Shown piece by piece: positions 8,638 through 17,313 of a stretch of 33,141 nt of DNA (within the stretch, counting starts at the first letter, position 1; every line of letters starts with the position of its first letter). The DNA is taken from assembly GCA_964451625.1 (NCBI GenBank), contig CAYVIU010000003.1, positions 1 through 33,141 on the forward strand, written 5' to 3'. The DNA comes from an uncultured Planctomycetia bacterium (GTDB lineage: Bacteria; Omnitrophota; Gorgyraeia; JABMRJ01; CAYVIU01). The notes beneath the pieces were generated by a model. The model made no database searches, had not been told where the DNA came from, and saw nothing but the letters and a program-made list of their open reading frames with translations. Both the position numbers and the translations under genes were made by a program.

Positions 8638-10165
8638 ATTTTACATAACAACACCTTTATATTACGTAAATGCCGCCCCGCATATAGGGCATTCTTACAC
8701 ACAGATTGCCTCTGATGCCCTGGCGCGTTTTCATAGACTCAAAGGCCGCGAGGTCTTTTTTATGACGGGAACCGATGAGCATGGTGAAAAGATCGAAAAA
8801 TCAGCCCTCTCGGCAGGTTTCAAGAAGGGTGAAGAGAAAACCTTCGTAGATAAAATTGTACCAGGATTTAAGAAGCTATGGCAGGATTTGAATATAGAAT
8901 ACGATCATTTTATAAGAACCACAGACCATGAGCACAAAGAAAGCGTAAAAGATGTATTAAATATTCTGCATAAAAAAGGGGATATCTATAAGGGTGAATA
9001 CGACGGCTTGTACTGTATCCCCTGCGAAATGTACTGGTCTTATATACAGGCCTCTGATGGAAACTGCCCCGATTGCAAAAGAAAATTAGAAAAAAGGAAA
9101 GAATCGAATTATTTCTTTAAAATTTCTAAATATCAAAGCTGGCTCCTTGATTATATAAAAGCCAACCCCGATTTTATAAAACCGGACTACAGAAGAAACG
9201 AAATCACAAGTTTTCTCAAGGAAAAACTGCAGGATCTTTGTATTTCAAGGTCAAAAAAAAGATTGGAATGGGGCATAGAATTACCATTTGATAAGGATTT
9301 TATTGTTTATGTTTGGTTTGACGCGCTGATGAATTATGTATCAGGCTGCGGCTATCCACATGATGCGAAAAAATTCAGGAAGTTCTGGCCGGCCGATATT
9401 CAGATGATAGGAAAAGACATACTTCGCCATCACGGCGTTTACTGGCCTATCATGCTCCATGCAGCAGGCATTGCGCCTCCCAAGACAGTCTTTGCCCATG
9501 GCTGGTGGACCATAAAGGGCGAGAAGATGTCAAAATCAAAGGGCAATATTGTTGATCCGTACTCAGTAATTGCTGATATAGGAGTGGATGCGTACAGATA
9601 TTTTCTCTTAAGAGAGGTAAGATTCGGCCTCGACGGGACATTCAGTGAAAGTGGTATAATCGCAAGATTCAATTCTGACCTTGCAAATGACCTCGGTAAT
9701 CTCCTTAACAGGACCCTTACCATGGTTGAAAAGTACTTCGGGGGCGAAGTGCCCAAACCGCCTCTTAAATTGGCTCTTTCAAGCTGCCGGAAAAAGGCAA
9801 AGACGCTGGCGGCTGAGCTGGAGAAGTCAATGGAGAAACTCGAATTCAGCCAGGCGCTTGCTTCGATATGGGCGCTTATAAATACTGCAAACAAATATAT
9901 AGAAGACACCGCTCCATGGAAATTAAACAAGGCCGGAAAGGTGAAGGAATTAAAAGGCTTTATATATGAGTTGATAGAAGTCTTAAGGATAACAGCTATA
10001 TCCATCTATCCGGTTATGCCTGCTACAGCCGAGAGCATATGGAAGCAGCTGGGTTTCACCAATTTTGACAAAATCAAATTCAAGGATATTGAAAAATGGG
10101 GCTTAACCAGGCCGGGTACTAAAATAAACAAAGGAAACCCCCTCTTTCCCCGCATAAAGACTTAA
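8624..10165 (+). CDS. metG: Methionine--tRNA ligase (short form, no C-terminal tRNA-binding appendix)
   Basis: FYITTPLYYVNAAPHIGH, TGTDEHG, CIPC...CPDC knuckle, YVWFDAL, GKDILRHH and KMSKSKGN. Likely start is ATG 8624 (alternative 8606), not 8549. Confidence 0.97.
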   Translation: MKSTKFYITTPLYYVNAAPHIGHSYTQIASDALARFHRLKGREVFFMTGTDEHGEKIEKSALSAGFKKGEEKTFVDKIVPGFKKLWQDLNIEYDHFIRTTDHEHKESVKDVLNILHKKGDIYKGEYDGLYCIPCEMYWSYIQASDGNCPDCKRKLEKRKESNYFFKISKYQSWLLDYIKANPDFIKPDYRRNEITSFLKEKLQDLCISRSKKRLEWGIELPFDKDFIVYVWFDALMNYVSGCGYPHDAKKFRKFWPADIQMIGKDILRHHGVYWPIMLHAAGIAPPKTVFAHGWWTIKGEKMSKSKGNIVDPYSVIADIGVDAYRYFLLREVRFGLDGTFSESGIIARFNSDLANDLGNLLNRTLTMVEKYFGGEVPKPPLKLALSSCRKKAKTLAAELEKSMEKLEFSQALASIWALINTANKYIEDTAPWKLNKAGKVKELKGFIYELIEVLRITAISIYPVMPATAESIWKQLGFTNFDKIKFKDIEKWGLTRPGTKINKGNPLFPRIKT

Positions 10166-10167
10166 AA

Positions 10168-10929
10168 ATGATAATAGATACGCACTGCCATCTTGATTTT
10201 CCGGAATTCAATTTTGATAAACAAGATGTTTTAGAAAGGGCAAAAAAATCAGGTGTTTCTTCTATAATCAATGTGGGAAGTTCTCTTGCCGGTAGCAGGC
10301 GCTCAGTAGAATTGGCAGCCGAACATAAAGAAATCTTTGTCTCTATAGGGATCCACCCGCATTATGCCGACAGTATTAATGAAAAAATATTAAATGAAAT
10401 ACGCGCTCTTTTAAAGAAGGACAAGGTAGTTGCCGTCGGCGAAGTAGGCCTGGACTATTACAGAAATAAATCAAGCCGGGAAGGCCAGAAAAAACAATTC
10501 AGAAACTTTCTGGATATAGCCGGAGAGAATGACCTTCCGGTGATCGTGCATTCACGCGAGGCTCACCAGGATACACTGGACATCCTTAAAGGTTCCGGTG
10601 TGAAAGGGGTTATGCATTGTTTTTCGGCAGACAAAGATTATCTTAAAAAATTCCTTGATATAGGGCTTTATGTATCATTTACCTGCAACCTCACCTTTAA
10701 AAATGCAAAGGCCTTAAGAGAAATAGCCAAAGATGTGCCGCTTGAAAGGCTTCTCCTTGAAACAGATGCCCCGTTTCTTGCGCCGCAGGCATTCCGGGGC
10801 AAAAGAAACGAACCCGCTTACCTGCCGCATCTGGTGAAAGAATGGAGTCGCATATTGAATGTCCCGGAAGAAAAAATAGAAGAGACAACCACCCAAAACG
10901 CGAAGGCCCTTTTTAAATTACCCGTATGA
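10168..10929 (+). CDS. tatD: TatD family hydrolase/DNase
   Basis: DTHCHLD, GIHPH, GEVGLDYY, VHSREA, HCFS, ETDAPFLAP and RGKRNEP motifs. Confidence 0.95.
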   Translation: MIIDTHCHLDFPEFNFDKQDVLERAKKSGVSSIINVGSSLAGSRRSVELAAEHKEIFVSIGIHPHYADSINEKILNEIRALLKKDKVVAVGEVGLDYYRNKSSREGQKKQFRNFLDIAGENDLPVIVHSREAHQDTLDILKGSGVKGVMHCFSADKDYLKKFLDIGLYVSFTCNLTFKNAKALREIAKDVPLERLLLETDAPFLAPQAFRGKRNEPAYLPHLVKEWSRILNVPEEKIEETTTQNAKALFKLPV

Positions 10930-12041
10930 AATCAAAAGTTTCTATTATAAGATGCGCGAGTTATGAACGCAAGAGAGTCCAAAGAGCCGTAAGAGAAGCC
11001 GTTAACCTTATAGGCGGCATAACAGGTTTTGTAAAGAAAGGCCAGAAGGTTTTAGTAAAGCCTAATCTGCTCTCGGCCAAACACCCCGAAGATATAGTAC
11101 ATACGCACCCGGAAGTGGTAAGGGCTGTAGTCCGCCTCGCAAAAGAGGCAGGCGGCATAGTCTCAGTTGGTGACTCCCCCGGCAATTTTTTCACCATAAA
11201 GTCAGTTGACATGATCTATAAAAATGCAGGCCTGGTAGAGGTGGCCAGGGAAGAAGGGGTTGAGCTTGTAAGGTTTGATAAAATAACCCACGTCAAGGGC
11301 TACCCCATAGCATCCGCCGCGCTTGAGAGCGACTGCGTTATATCCATACCGAAGATGAAGACACACGATCTTGCAGTAATAACAGGGGCAGTGAAAAACA
11401 CATTCGGGCTTATCCCCGGGCTTTATAAGGTTGAATGCCACAAAAAGGCCCCACCGTTAAAAGATTTCTGCAAGGTGATCGTAGATGTCTTTTCAATAAC
11501 AAAACCGCATCTGAGTATAATGGACGGTATAATATCTATGGAAGGAGACGGCCCCGGAAGCGCAGGCCTCCCGAAAAACGCAGGCCTTATTATGGCCAGT
11601 TCCGATGCCGTGGCGCTCGATACAGTCTTTTCAAAAATAATAGGCTTTGAACCGTCCCGCAATCTTGTATTAAAAGAGGCCGAAAGAAGGGGCCTTGGCA
11701 CAACCCAGATGGATGAGATTAAGATCCTGGGTGAGAAATTAGAAGATGCATTGATAAAAGACTACAAGCTCCCCAAGGCAAGCGCTATTTTTGCCGCACC
11801 GCCCATTGTTGCAAAGTTGGCCACAGGGCTTCTCAATTTCAGGCCCTTTATCGAAGAGAAGCTATGCAAAAAATGCATGATATGCGTCAAGAGCTGCCCA
11901 ACTGATGCGATAACCATTAACAAAAAGATCTCAAAGATAAGCCCCAGAAAATGCGTAAAGTGTTTCTGCTGTCATGAGGTTTGTCCGTATAAAGCGATAT
12001 CCATAAGAAAAAATATATTTTCGAGATTCCTCTGGAGGTAA
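10926..12041 (+). CDS. DUF362 domain protein with C-terminal 2x[4Fe-4S] ferredoxin domain
   Basis: VLVKPNLL, THPEVV, GDSPG, PKMKTH...TGAVKN.FG, DGIISMEGDGP and DAVALD motifs. Two Cys clusters: CKKCMICVKSCP and CVKCFCCHEVCP. Confidence 0.92.
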   Translation: MKSKVSIIRCASYERKRVQRAVREAVNLIGGITGFVKKGQKVLVKPNLLSAKHPEDIVHTHPEVVRAVVRLAKEAGGIVSVGDSPGNFFTIKSVDMIYKNAGLVEVAREEGVELVRFDKITHVKGYPIASAALESDCVISIPKMKTHDLAVITGAVKNTFGLIPGLYKVECHKKAPPLKDFCKVIVDVFSITKPHLSIMDGIISMEGDGPGSAGLPKNAGLIMASSDAVALDTVFSKIIGFEPSRNLVLKEAERRGLGTTQMDEIKILGEKLEDALIKDYKLPKASAIFAAPPIVAKLATGLLNFRPFIEEKLCKKCMICVKSCPTDAITINKKISKISPRKCVKCFCCHEVCPYKAISIRKNIFSRFLWR

Positions 12042-12043
12042 AA

Positions 12044-13081
12044 ATGCCTGTTGAAACCATATCCTGGAAGAAGAATAAAATAAAGCTTGTTGACCAGACA
12101 AAGCTCCCGGATAAGTTTAAGTATATATTTATAAATAATATCCCTTCTTTAAAAGAAGCGATTGTTTCTTTAAGGGTGCGTGGCGCACCGGCAATAGGAA
12201 TAGCAGGGGCACTTGGAGTCCTGCTGGCTTCCGAAAAGTCAAAACAGAAGACCTACCCGGCCTTTAAAAAAGAAATAGACAGGATAATTGGTTATTTATC
12301 CGGCTCACGCCCCACAGCCAGGAATCTTTTCTGGGCCCTGGAGAGGATGCAGGAGGTATTGATCTCAAATAAAGGAAAATCTTTATCAGAACTTAAAAAG
12401 ATTATAAAGAAAGAGGCCTTTAAAGTAGTTCGGGAAGATAAATTAATCTGCAGGAAGATGGCTTCTCGCGGCGCCAGGCTCATTAAAAGCAATGATAAGA
12501 TACTTACGCATTGCAATGCAGGGGGCCTTGCCACAGCTGATTATGGAACAGCACTGGGCGTGATCTTTGAGGCCAAGAAGCAAAGAAAAAAAATGACCGT
12601 GTATGCGGATGAGACCCGGCCGCTCCTTCAGGGGGCCAGGCTTACCACGTGGGAACTCATGAGAGCCGGCATAAAGACGTTCCTCATATGCGACAACATG
12701 GCAGCCAGCCTTATCGCAAAGGGCGGGGTGAATAAAATATTTGTCGGGGCAGACAGGATTGCCGGGAACGGCGACACTGCAAACAAGATAGGCACATACA
12801 ACCTTGCAGTCCTCGCAAAACATCACAATATACCATTTTATGTGGTGGCGCCGAAGTCGACCTTTGATCTTTCGCTGAAAAAAGGCGAAGAAATCCCTAT
12901 CGAACAAAGAAAACCTGACGAGGTAAGGACTGTCAGAGGAAAAAGGATTGCCCCCCGGAACGTAAATGTCTGGAATCCTGCCTTTGATGTAACACCCAAT
13001 AAATTAATCACCGCGATAGTAACTGAGGCAGGAGTTTTGAGGCAGCCTTTCAAGAGATCAGTTAAAAGATTAAAAAAATGA
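12044..13081 (+). CDS. mtnA: S-methyl-5-thioribose-1-phosphate isomerase
   Basis: DQTKLP, VRGAPAIG, SRPTARNL, LTHCNAGGLAT, ETRPLLQGARLT, GADRI...NKIGTY and NPAFDVTP motifs. Confidence 0.95.
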   Translation: MPVETISWKKNKIKLVDQTKLPDKFKYIFINNIPSLKEAIVSLRVRGAPAIGIAGALGVLLASEKSKQKTYPAFKKEIDRIIGYLSGSRPTARNLFWALERMQEVLISNKGKSLSELKKIIKKEAFKVVREDKLICRKMASRGARLIKSNDKILTHCNAGGLATADYGTALGVIFEAKKQRKKMTVYADETRPLLQGARLTTWELMRAGIKTFLICDNMAASLIAKGGVNKIFVGADRIAGNGDTANKIGTYNLAVLAKHHNIPFYVVAPKSTFDLSLKKGEEIPIEQRKPDEVRTVRGKRIAPRNVNVWNPAFDVTPNKLITAIVTEAGVLRQPFKRSVKRLKK

Positions 13082-13989
13082 AAGTAAAAACCCTCGGCGA
13101 GATATCTTTAATAGAAAAATTCAAGAAAAGGATAAAACTGGACAGCTCTGTCCGAGTGGGCCCGGGTGATGATGCGGCCTCTATCCGTATGAAAAACAAG
13201 AGACTCCAGCTTTTTACCACCGACATGCTTATAGAAGGGACACATTTTACAAAACGCACTGCCTCGCCGAGCCAGATAGGCCATAAGGCCCTCGCAGTAA
13301 ACATAAGCGACATAGCGGCAATGGGCGGAGTCCCAAGACATGCTGTTGTCTCGCTCGGAATAAATAAAAATTCAGAATACAGTTTTGTCAACGGAGTTTT
13401 CGAGGGGATAAAATCACTTGCGGACAAATTTAAAATAAATATTGTCGGGGGCGATGTAAACTCTTCAAAAAACTTTATTGTGAGCATAGCCCTGCTCGGA
13501 GAAGCGAAAGATAAAAAACTCTCCCTTCGCTCGGGCGCAAAAGAAAAAGATGTGATAATGGTTACCGGAACGCTCGGCGGCTCTCTAAAAGGAAGGCACC
13601 TTAAGTTTATGCCAAGGTTAAAAGAGGCTCAAGCCCTGGTTGAAAATTTCAGGATAAACTCAATGGTGGATATATCAGACGGCCTGTCAAATGATTTATA
13701 TCAGATCTGCCGCGCCAGCAGAAAAGGGGCCGTTGTTTACGAAAGCCTGATTCCGGTGTCGCCTGCGGCAAAGTCAGTAAAATCTGCCCTGGCCGACGGA
13801 GAAGACTTTGAGCTTCTCTTTACATTACCGGCCCGATTTGTGAAAAAGGCAGTCGATGCGTTTAAGAGAAAAGGGCTTGTCGGGATTACTCCCATAGGGC
13901 AGATAGTTTCAAAAGAAAAGGGCATCAATATTATAGACAGATTCGGCAGGAAGAAAGCTCTTGTGCGTTCAGGATTCCGCCATTTTTAG
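13078..13989 (+). CDS. thiL: Thiamine-monophosphate kinase
   Basis: GDDAA, DMLIEGTHF, NISDIAAMGG, GGD, DISDGL and GEDFELLFT motifs. Confidence 0.96.
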   Translation: MKVKTLGEISLIEKFKKRIKLDSSVRVGPGDDAASIRMKNKRLQLFTTDMLIEGTHFTKRTASPSQIGHKALAVNISDIAAMGGVPRHAVVSLGINKNSEYSFVNGVFEGIKSLADKFKINIVGGDVNSSKNFIVSIALLGEAKDKKLSLRSGAKEKDVIMVTGTLGGSLKGRHLKFMPRLKEAQALVENFRINSMVDISDGLSNDLYQICRASRKGAVVYESLIPVSPAAKSVKSALADGEDFELLFTLPARFVKKAVDAFKRKGLVGITPIGQIVSKEKGINIIDRFGRKKALVRSGFRHF

Positions 13990-13992
13990 GAC

Positions 13993-14056
13993 ACCCCATG
14001 CTTACGCATGGGGTATGTTCGTAACAACGTAGGATACCCCACACGTAAGTGTGGGG
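13993..14056. repeat. Pair of inverted GC-rich hairpins (REP/REPIN- or IS200/IS605-end-like)
   Basis: ACCCCATGC-TTAC-GCATGGGGT (13993-14014) and CCCCACAC-GTAA-GTGTGGGG (14037-14056). The two loops are reverse complements. Confidence 0.8.
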
Positions 14057-14068
14057 AAGTCGCATACA

Positions 14069-14527
14069 ATGAAGAAAATAGTATCCAGCAGTCCCAAGGA
14101 GACATTAGCGCTCGGCGTAAGGATAGGGAAGCTCTTAAAAAAAGGAAACCTTGCGGCATTGAGCGGGGAGTTCGGCGCGGGAAAGACCACATTGATAAAG
14201 GGTATTGCCAAAGGCCTCGGCGTAAAAGATACAAGATATGTAAACAGCCCCTCTTTTGTGATTTTAAAAGAATACAAGGGCAAGGTGCCGGTGTATCACT
14301 TCGATATACACAGGCTCGATAAGTCCTCCGAACTTGATACGACCGGATATGAAGATTATTTTTATGGTGATGGCGTGACATTGATTGAATGGGGAGACAA
14401 GATCATCTCTCTCCTGCCCAATGAATATCTCGACATACATATCCGGATGGACCAAAAGGACAAGCGGTCAATTGCGCTCACAGGCGTGGGCGAAAATTAT
14501 AAGAAACTCGTAGAGAAAATAAAATGA
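14069..14527 (+). CDS. tsaE: tRNA threonylcarbamoyladenosine biosynthesis ATPase TsaE
   Basis: LSGEFGAGKTT P-loop, VNSPSFVILKEY, HFDIHRL and LIEWGD. Start placed at ATG 14069 because the track's GTG 14051 lies inside the hairpin. Confidence 0.95.
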   Translation: MKKIVSSSPKETLALGVRIGKLLKKGNLAALSGEFGAGKTTLIKGIAKGLGVKDTRYVNSPSFVILKEYKGKVPVYHFDIHRLDKSSELDTTGYEDYFYGDGVTLIEWGDKIISLLPNEYLDIHIRMDQKDKRSIALTGVGENYKKLVEKIK

Positions 14528-15207
14528 AAGTCCTTGGGATTGAGACCTCAACAAAAAAATTAGGTGTGGCACTCATAGACGGTGAAAACATTTTAGCCGA
14601 GCATAACGGGACTTCCCGCCTCAAACATTCTGCGGACCTGATCCCTGTTATCGATAAACTGCTCAAGGCCTCGAGGCTTGATTTAGGCGGCCTGGATGGT
14701 TTTGCTGTAAGCGCAGGGCCCGGCTCATTTACGGGTCTGCGGATAGGGGCAGCTACATTAAAAGGGCTTAACCTTGCGACAAAAAAACCCATAATAGCCG
14801 TCGGCACCATGGATGCCCTGGCCCAGAATATAAAAGAGGACAATTGCAGTATATGCGTCACAATCGACGCAAAGAAAACCAATGTTTACGCTTGCTTATA
14901 TGCCAAAAAAAATGGTAAAGTAGAAAGAAAGACAGATTATCTCCTGATCAAGCCCGGTGAATTACTTGAAAAGATAAGTGAGCCGACAATTTTTATCGGA
15001 GACGGCATATCTTTATACAAAGACATGATTTTAGAGCGAAGGCCTGATTCTTTATTTGCCGATTCAGGCCTCTGGCAGCCGAAGGCAGGTGTCATTGCAG
15101 GCCTTGGCGCACGCAAATTAGAAAAAAACCAGATCGCGGACCCTGATAAATTTGTTCCGATGTATCTTTACTCAAAAGAATGCAGTTTGAGAGGTGTTGA
15201 CAGGTGA
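14524..15207 (+). CDS. tsaB: tRNA threonylcarbamoyladenosine biosynthesis protein TsaB
   Basis: LGIETST, HS..L.P, GPGSFTGLRIG, IDAKK and P.YL motifs. Adjacent to tsaE. Confidence 0.95.
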   Translation: MKVLGIETSTKKLGVALIDGENILAEHNGTSRLKHSADLIPVIDKLLKASRLDLGGLDGFAVSAGPGSFTGLRIGAATLKGLNLATKKPIIAVGTMDALAQNIKEDNCSICVTIDAKKTNVYACLYAKKNGKVERKTDYLLIKPGELLEKISEPTIFIGDGISLYKDMILERRPDSLFADSGLWQPKAGVIAGLGARKLEKNQIADPDKFVPMYLYSKECSLRGVDR

Positions 15208-16322
15208 AGACATACAGGCCCACCTGGGCAGAGATAGATTTAAAAGCGATAAAATATAATTTCCGGCAGATAAAAAATCTCGTCGGTGCAAAAATAAAAC
15301 AAATGGCAGTTGTAAAGGCCAATGCCTACGGCCATGGCATTGTAAAGATCTCCAGGGAGTTAAGCAAGGAAGGCGTCGATTATCTGGGTGTGGCAACGAT
15401 GGATGAGGCACTCTGCCTCCGGTCAAAAAATATAAAGAAACCCATACTTGTTCTTGGTTCTGTGCTTCCCGATGAAGTCGCGCCCGCATTAAAAAATAAT
15501 ATCACATTAACCCTTTCCAGCGACGAGCTCTTGAGGGCGGTAGAGGACGAGGCCAGGAGCACAAAGACAAAGGCGAAAATCCATGTAAAGATAGACACAG
15601 GAATGGGCAGGATCGGCCTCTGGCACGAAGATGCACCAGGATTCATAGAAAAGATTTCCAATTCAAGCGGCATGGAACTCGAAGGCATATACACACATTT
15701 TTCCACAGCTGCCCGGGACAGAGTTTATACACTTAGCCAGATCGAGTCATTTGAAAAATTGATTGATGAACTTGAGAAAAAAGGCATCTCCATACCATAC
15801 AAACATGCCGCAAACAGCATTGCAACAGTAAACTTTAAGAGATCCCACCTGAACCTGGTCAGGCCGGGCCTCATAATATACGGCATGTACCCCAAGCGCG
15901 GCTTCGAACGCCTCCTGAAATTAAAACCCGCAATGGCCCTTAAAACAAAAATCGTATTTTTGAAAAAGGTTCCCCCCGGCAGGTCCATAAGTTATGGCAG
16001 GACCTATGTTACACAAAAACATACCAAGATTGCAACACTCCCCATAGGCTATGCAGACGGCTATGGAAGGATCCTTTCCAACAAGGCGCAGGTCCTGGTG
16101 AGGGGTGAGCGCGCCCCTGTCATCGGAAAGGTCACAATGGACCAGACAATGATCGATGTAGGCCACATAAAAGACGTAAAAATAGGCGATGAAGTGATCC
16201 TGATAGGAAAACAGGCAAATGAATGGATAAAGGCAGAGCGCCTTGCCCGCCTGGCCGGCACAATCCCATACGAAATAGTCTGTTCTATAACCGACCGCGT
16301 CCCCCGCATATATAAGACCTAA
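15204..16322 (+). CDS. alr: Alanine racemase
   Basis: PLP lysine motif AVVKANAYGHG, HVKIDTGMGRIG, THF, HAANS, VRPGL, GYADG and TIPYEI. GTG start with GAGGTG upstream. Confidence 0.97.
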   Translation: MKTYRPTWAEIDLKAIKYNFRQIKNLVGAKIKQMAVVKANAYGHGIVKISRELSKEGVDYLGVATMDEALCLRSKNIKKPILVLGSVLPDEVAPALKNNITLTLSSDELLRAVEDEARSTKTKAKIHVKIDTGMGRIGLWHEDAPGFIEKISNSSGMELEGIYTHFSTAARDRVYTLSQIESFEKLIDELEKKGISIPYKHAANSIATVNFKRSHLNLVRPGLIIYGMYPKRGFERLLKLKPAMALKTKIVFLKKVPPGRSISYGRTYVTQKHTKIATLPIGYADGYGRILSNKAQVLVRGERAPVIGKVTMDQTMIDVGHIKDVKIGDEVILIGKQANEWIKAERLARLAGTIPYEIVCSITDRVPRIYKT

Positions 16323-16335
16323 TTTTACCCTTTTA

Positions 16336-16364
16336 TTGCTTTTTTAGTATAATTATGATATACT
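16336..16364 (+). promoter_or_regulatory. Putative sigma70 promoter for smpB-ssrA
   Basis: TTGCTT (16336-16341), 17 nt spacer, TATACT (16359-16364) with extended -10 TG at 16356-16357. Confidence 0.6.
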
Positions 16365-16377
16365 TACTATTCGCCAT

Positions 16378-16824
16378 ATGTCTCCTAAGATTATAGCCAC
16401 AAATAGACAGGCCCGCTACAATTATTCGATATTGGAAGGTTTTGAGGCCGGTATCGAGCTAAAGGGGTCTGAAGTCAAGTCATTGAGGGCAGGAAAGGCG
16501 TCCCTGAAGGATAGTTTTGCTAGAGTTGATAGGGGGGAACTTTTCCTATATAATTGCCACATAAGCCCTTATGAACACACTGGTTCTTTCACAGTAGATC
16601 CAAAAAGACGCCGGAAACTCCTGGTTCACAAGAGCCAGATAAACCGGTTGACAGGTCTAACCACCCAGAAAGGGCTCACTCTTATACCGCTGAAGATGTA
16701 TTTTAAGCACGGCCTTGCCAAGGTAGAAATTGCCCTGGCAAAGGGTAAAAGGCAGTATGATAAGCGGGAAAAGATAAAACGCAAAGAAGCCATGAGAGAG
16801 CTTAAAAAGGTTAAAAGACGATGA
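16378..16824 (+). CDS. smpB: SsrA-binding protein
   Basis: NRQARYNY, EAGIELKGSEVKSLR, RRRKLLVHK and GKRQYDKRE motifs. Directly upstream of tmRNA. Confidence 0.97.
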   Translation: MSPKIIATNRQARYNYSILEGFEAGIELKGSEVKSLRAGKASLKDSFARVDRGELFLYNCHISPYEHTGSFTVDPKRRRKLLVHKSQINRLTGLTTQKGLTLIPLKMYFKHGLAKVEIALAKGKRQYDKREKIKRKEAMRELKKVKRR

Positions 16825-16830
16825 TTTTAT

Positions 16831-17226
16831 GGGGGTGAAAGGAATCGACCTAGCGTGCATTACTGAAAGTTGCATGTAGAGGTTGTCAGGCGGCCTCTTT
16901 AAAAACCTGGCACAATACAAACGCAAACAACACATATAGTGCTGTAGCTGAGGCGCAGGAAATCCTACGCACCAGCGCGTTCGAAACAGTTCCCGCTTTT
17001 GCGGGAGCTACTCCATTAGTTGGTTTCCTGGGAAACTAAACGGAGTACGACATGCAGGATAGCTTAGCTGCCCCGCTTCCGGGCACTAAGTAAAACTTAA
17101 TGGAGGCTAAATCATCGGGATCCTTTCTATCGGAGCCTGATGAATGAAACTAAAAGATAGAATAAACATGTAGAAACTCTCAGTTTGTATTTAGGGACGG
17201 CGGTTCAAATCCGCCCACCTCCACCA
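16831..17226 (+). ncRNA. ssrA: Transfer-messenger RNA (one-piece, 396 nt)
   Basis: 5' end GGGGGTGAAAGGAATCGAC and 3' end GACGGCGGTTCAAATCCGCCCACCTCCACCA form an Ala-like acceptor with G3:U wobble and a T-arm. GCATGTAG...ACATGTAG landmarks and a PK1 (AGAGG/CCTCT with TGTCAGG/CCTGGCA) are present. Begins 6 nt after the smpB stop. Confidence 0.96.
16923..17039 (+). other. tmRNA tag reading frame ANNTYSAVAEAQEILRTSAFETVPAFAGATPLVGFLGN*
   Basis: Predicted resume codon GCA 10 nt after PK1, with an AN..Y start typical of tags. First in-frame stop is TAA 17037-17039. Confidence 0.75.
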
Positions 17227-17313
17227 TCGTAACTAATTCGAACCCTTGTACCTATTTGATATATTTCAACCCCAGGGGTCAAAATGCATATTATAAAAAG
17301 TGAAGATCGAAGA

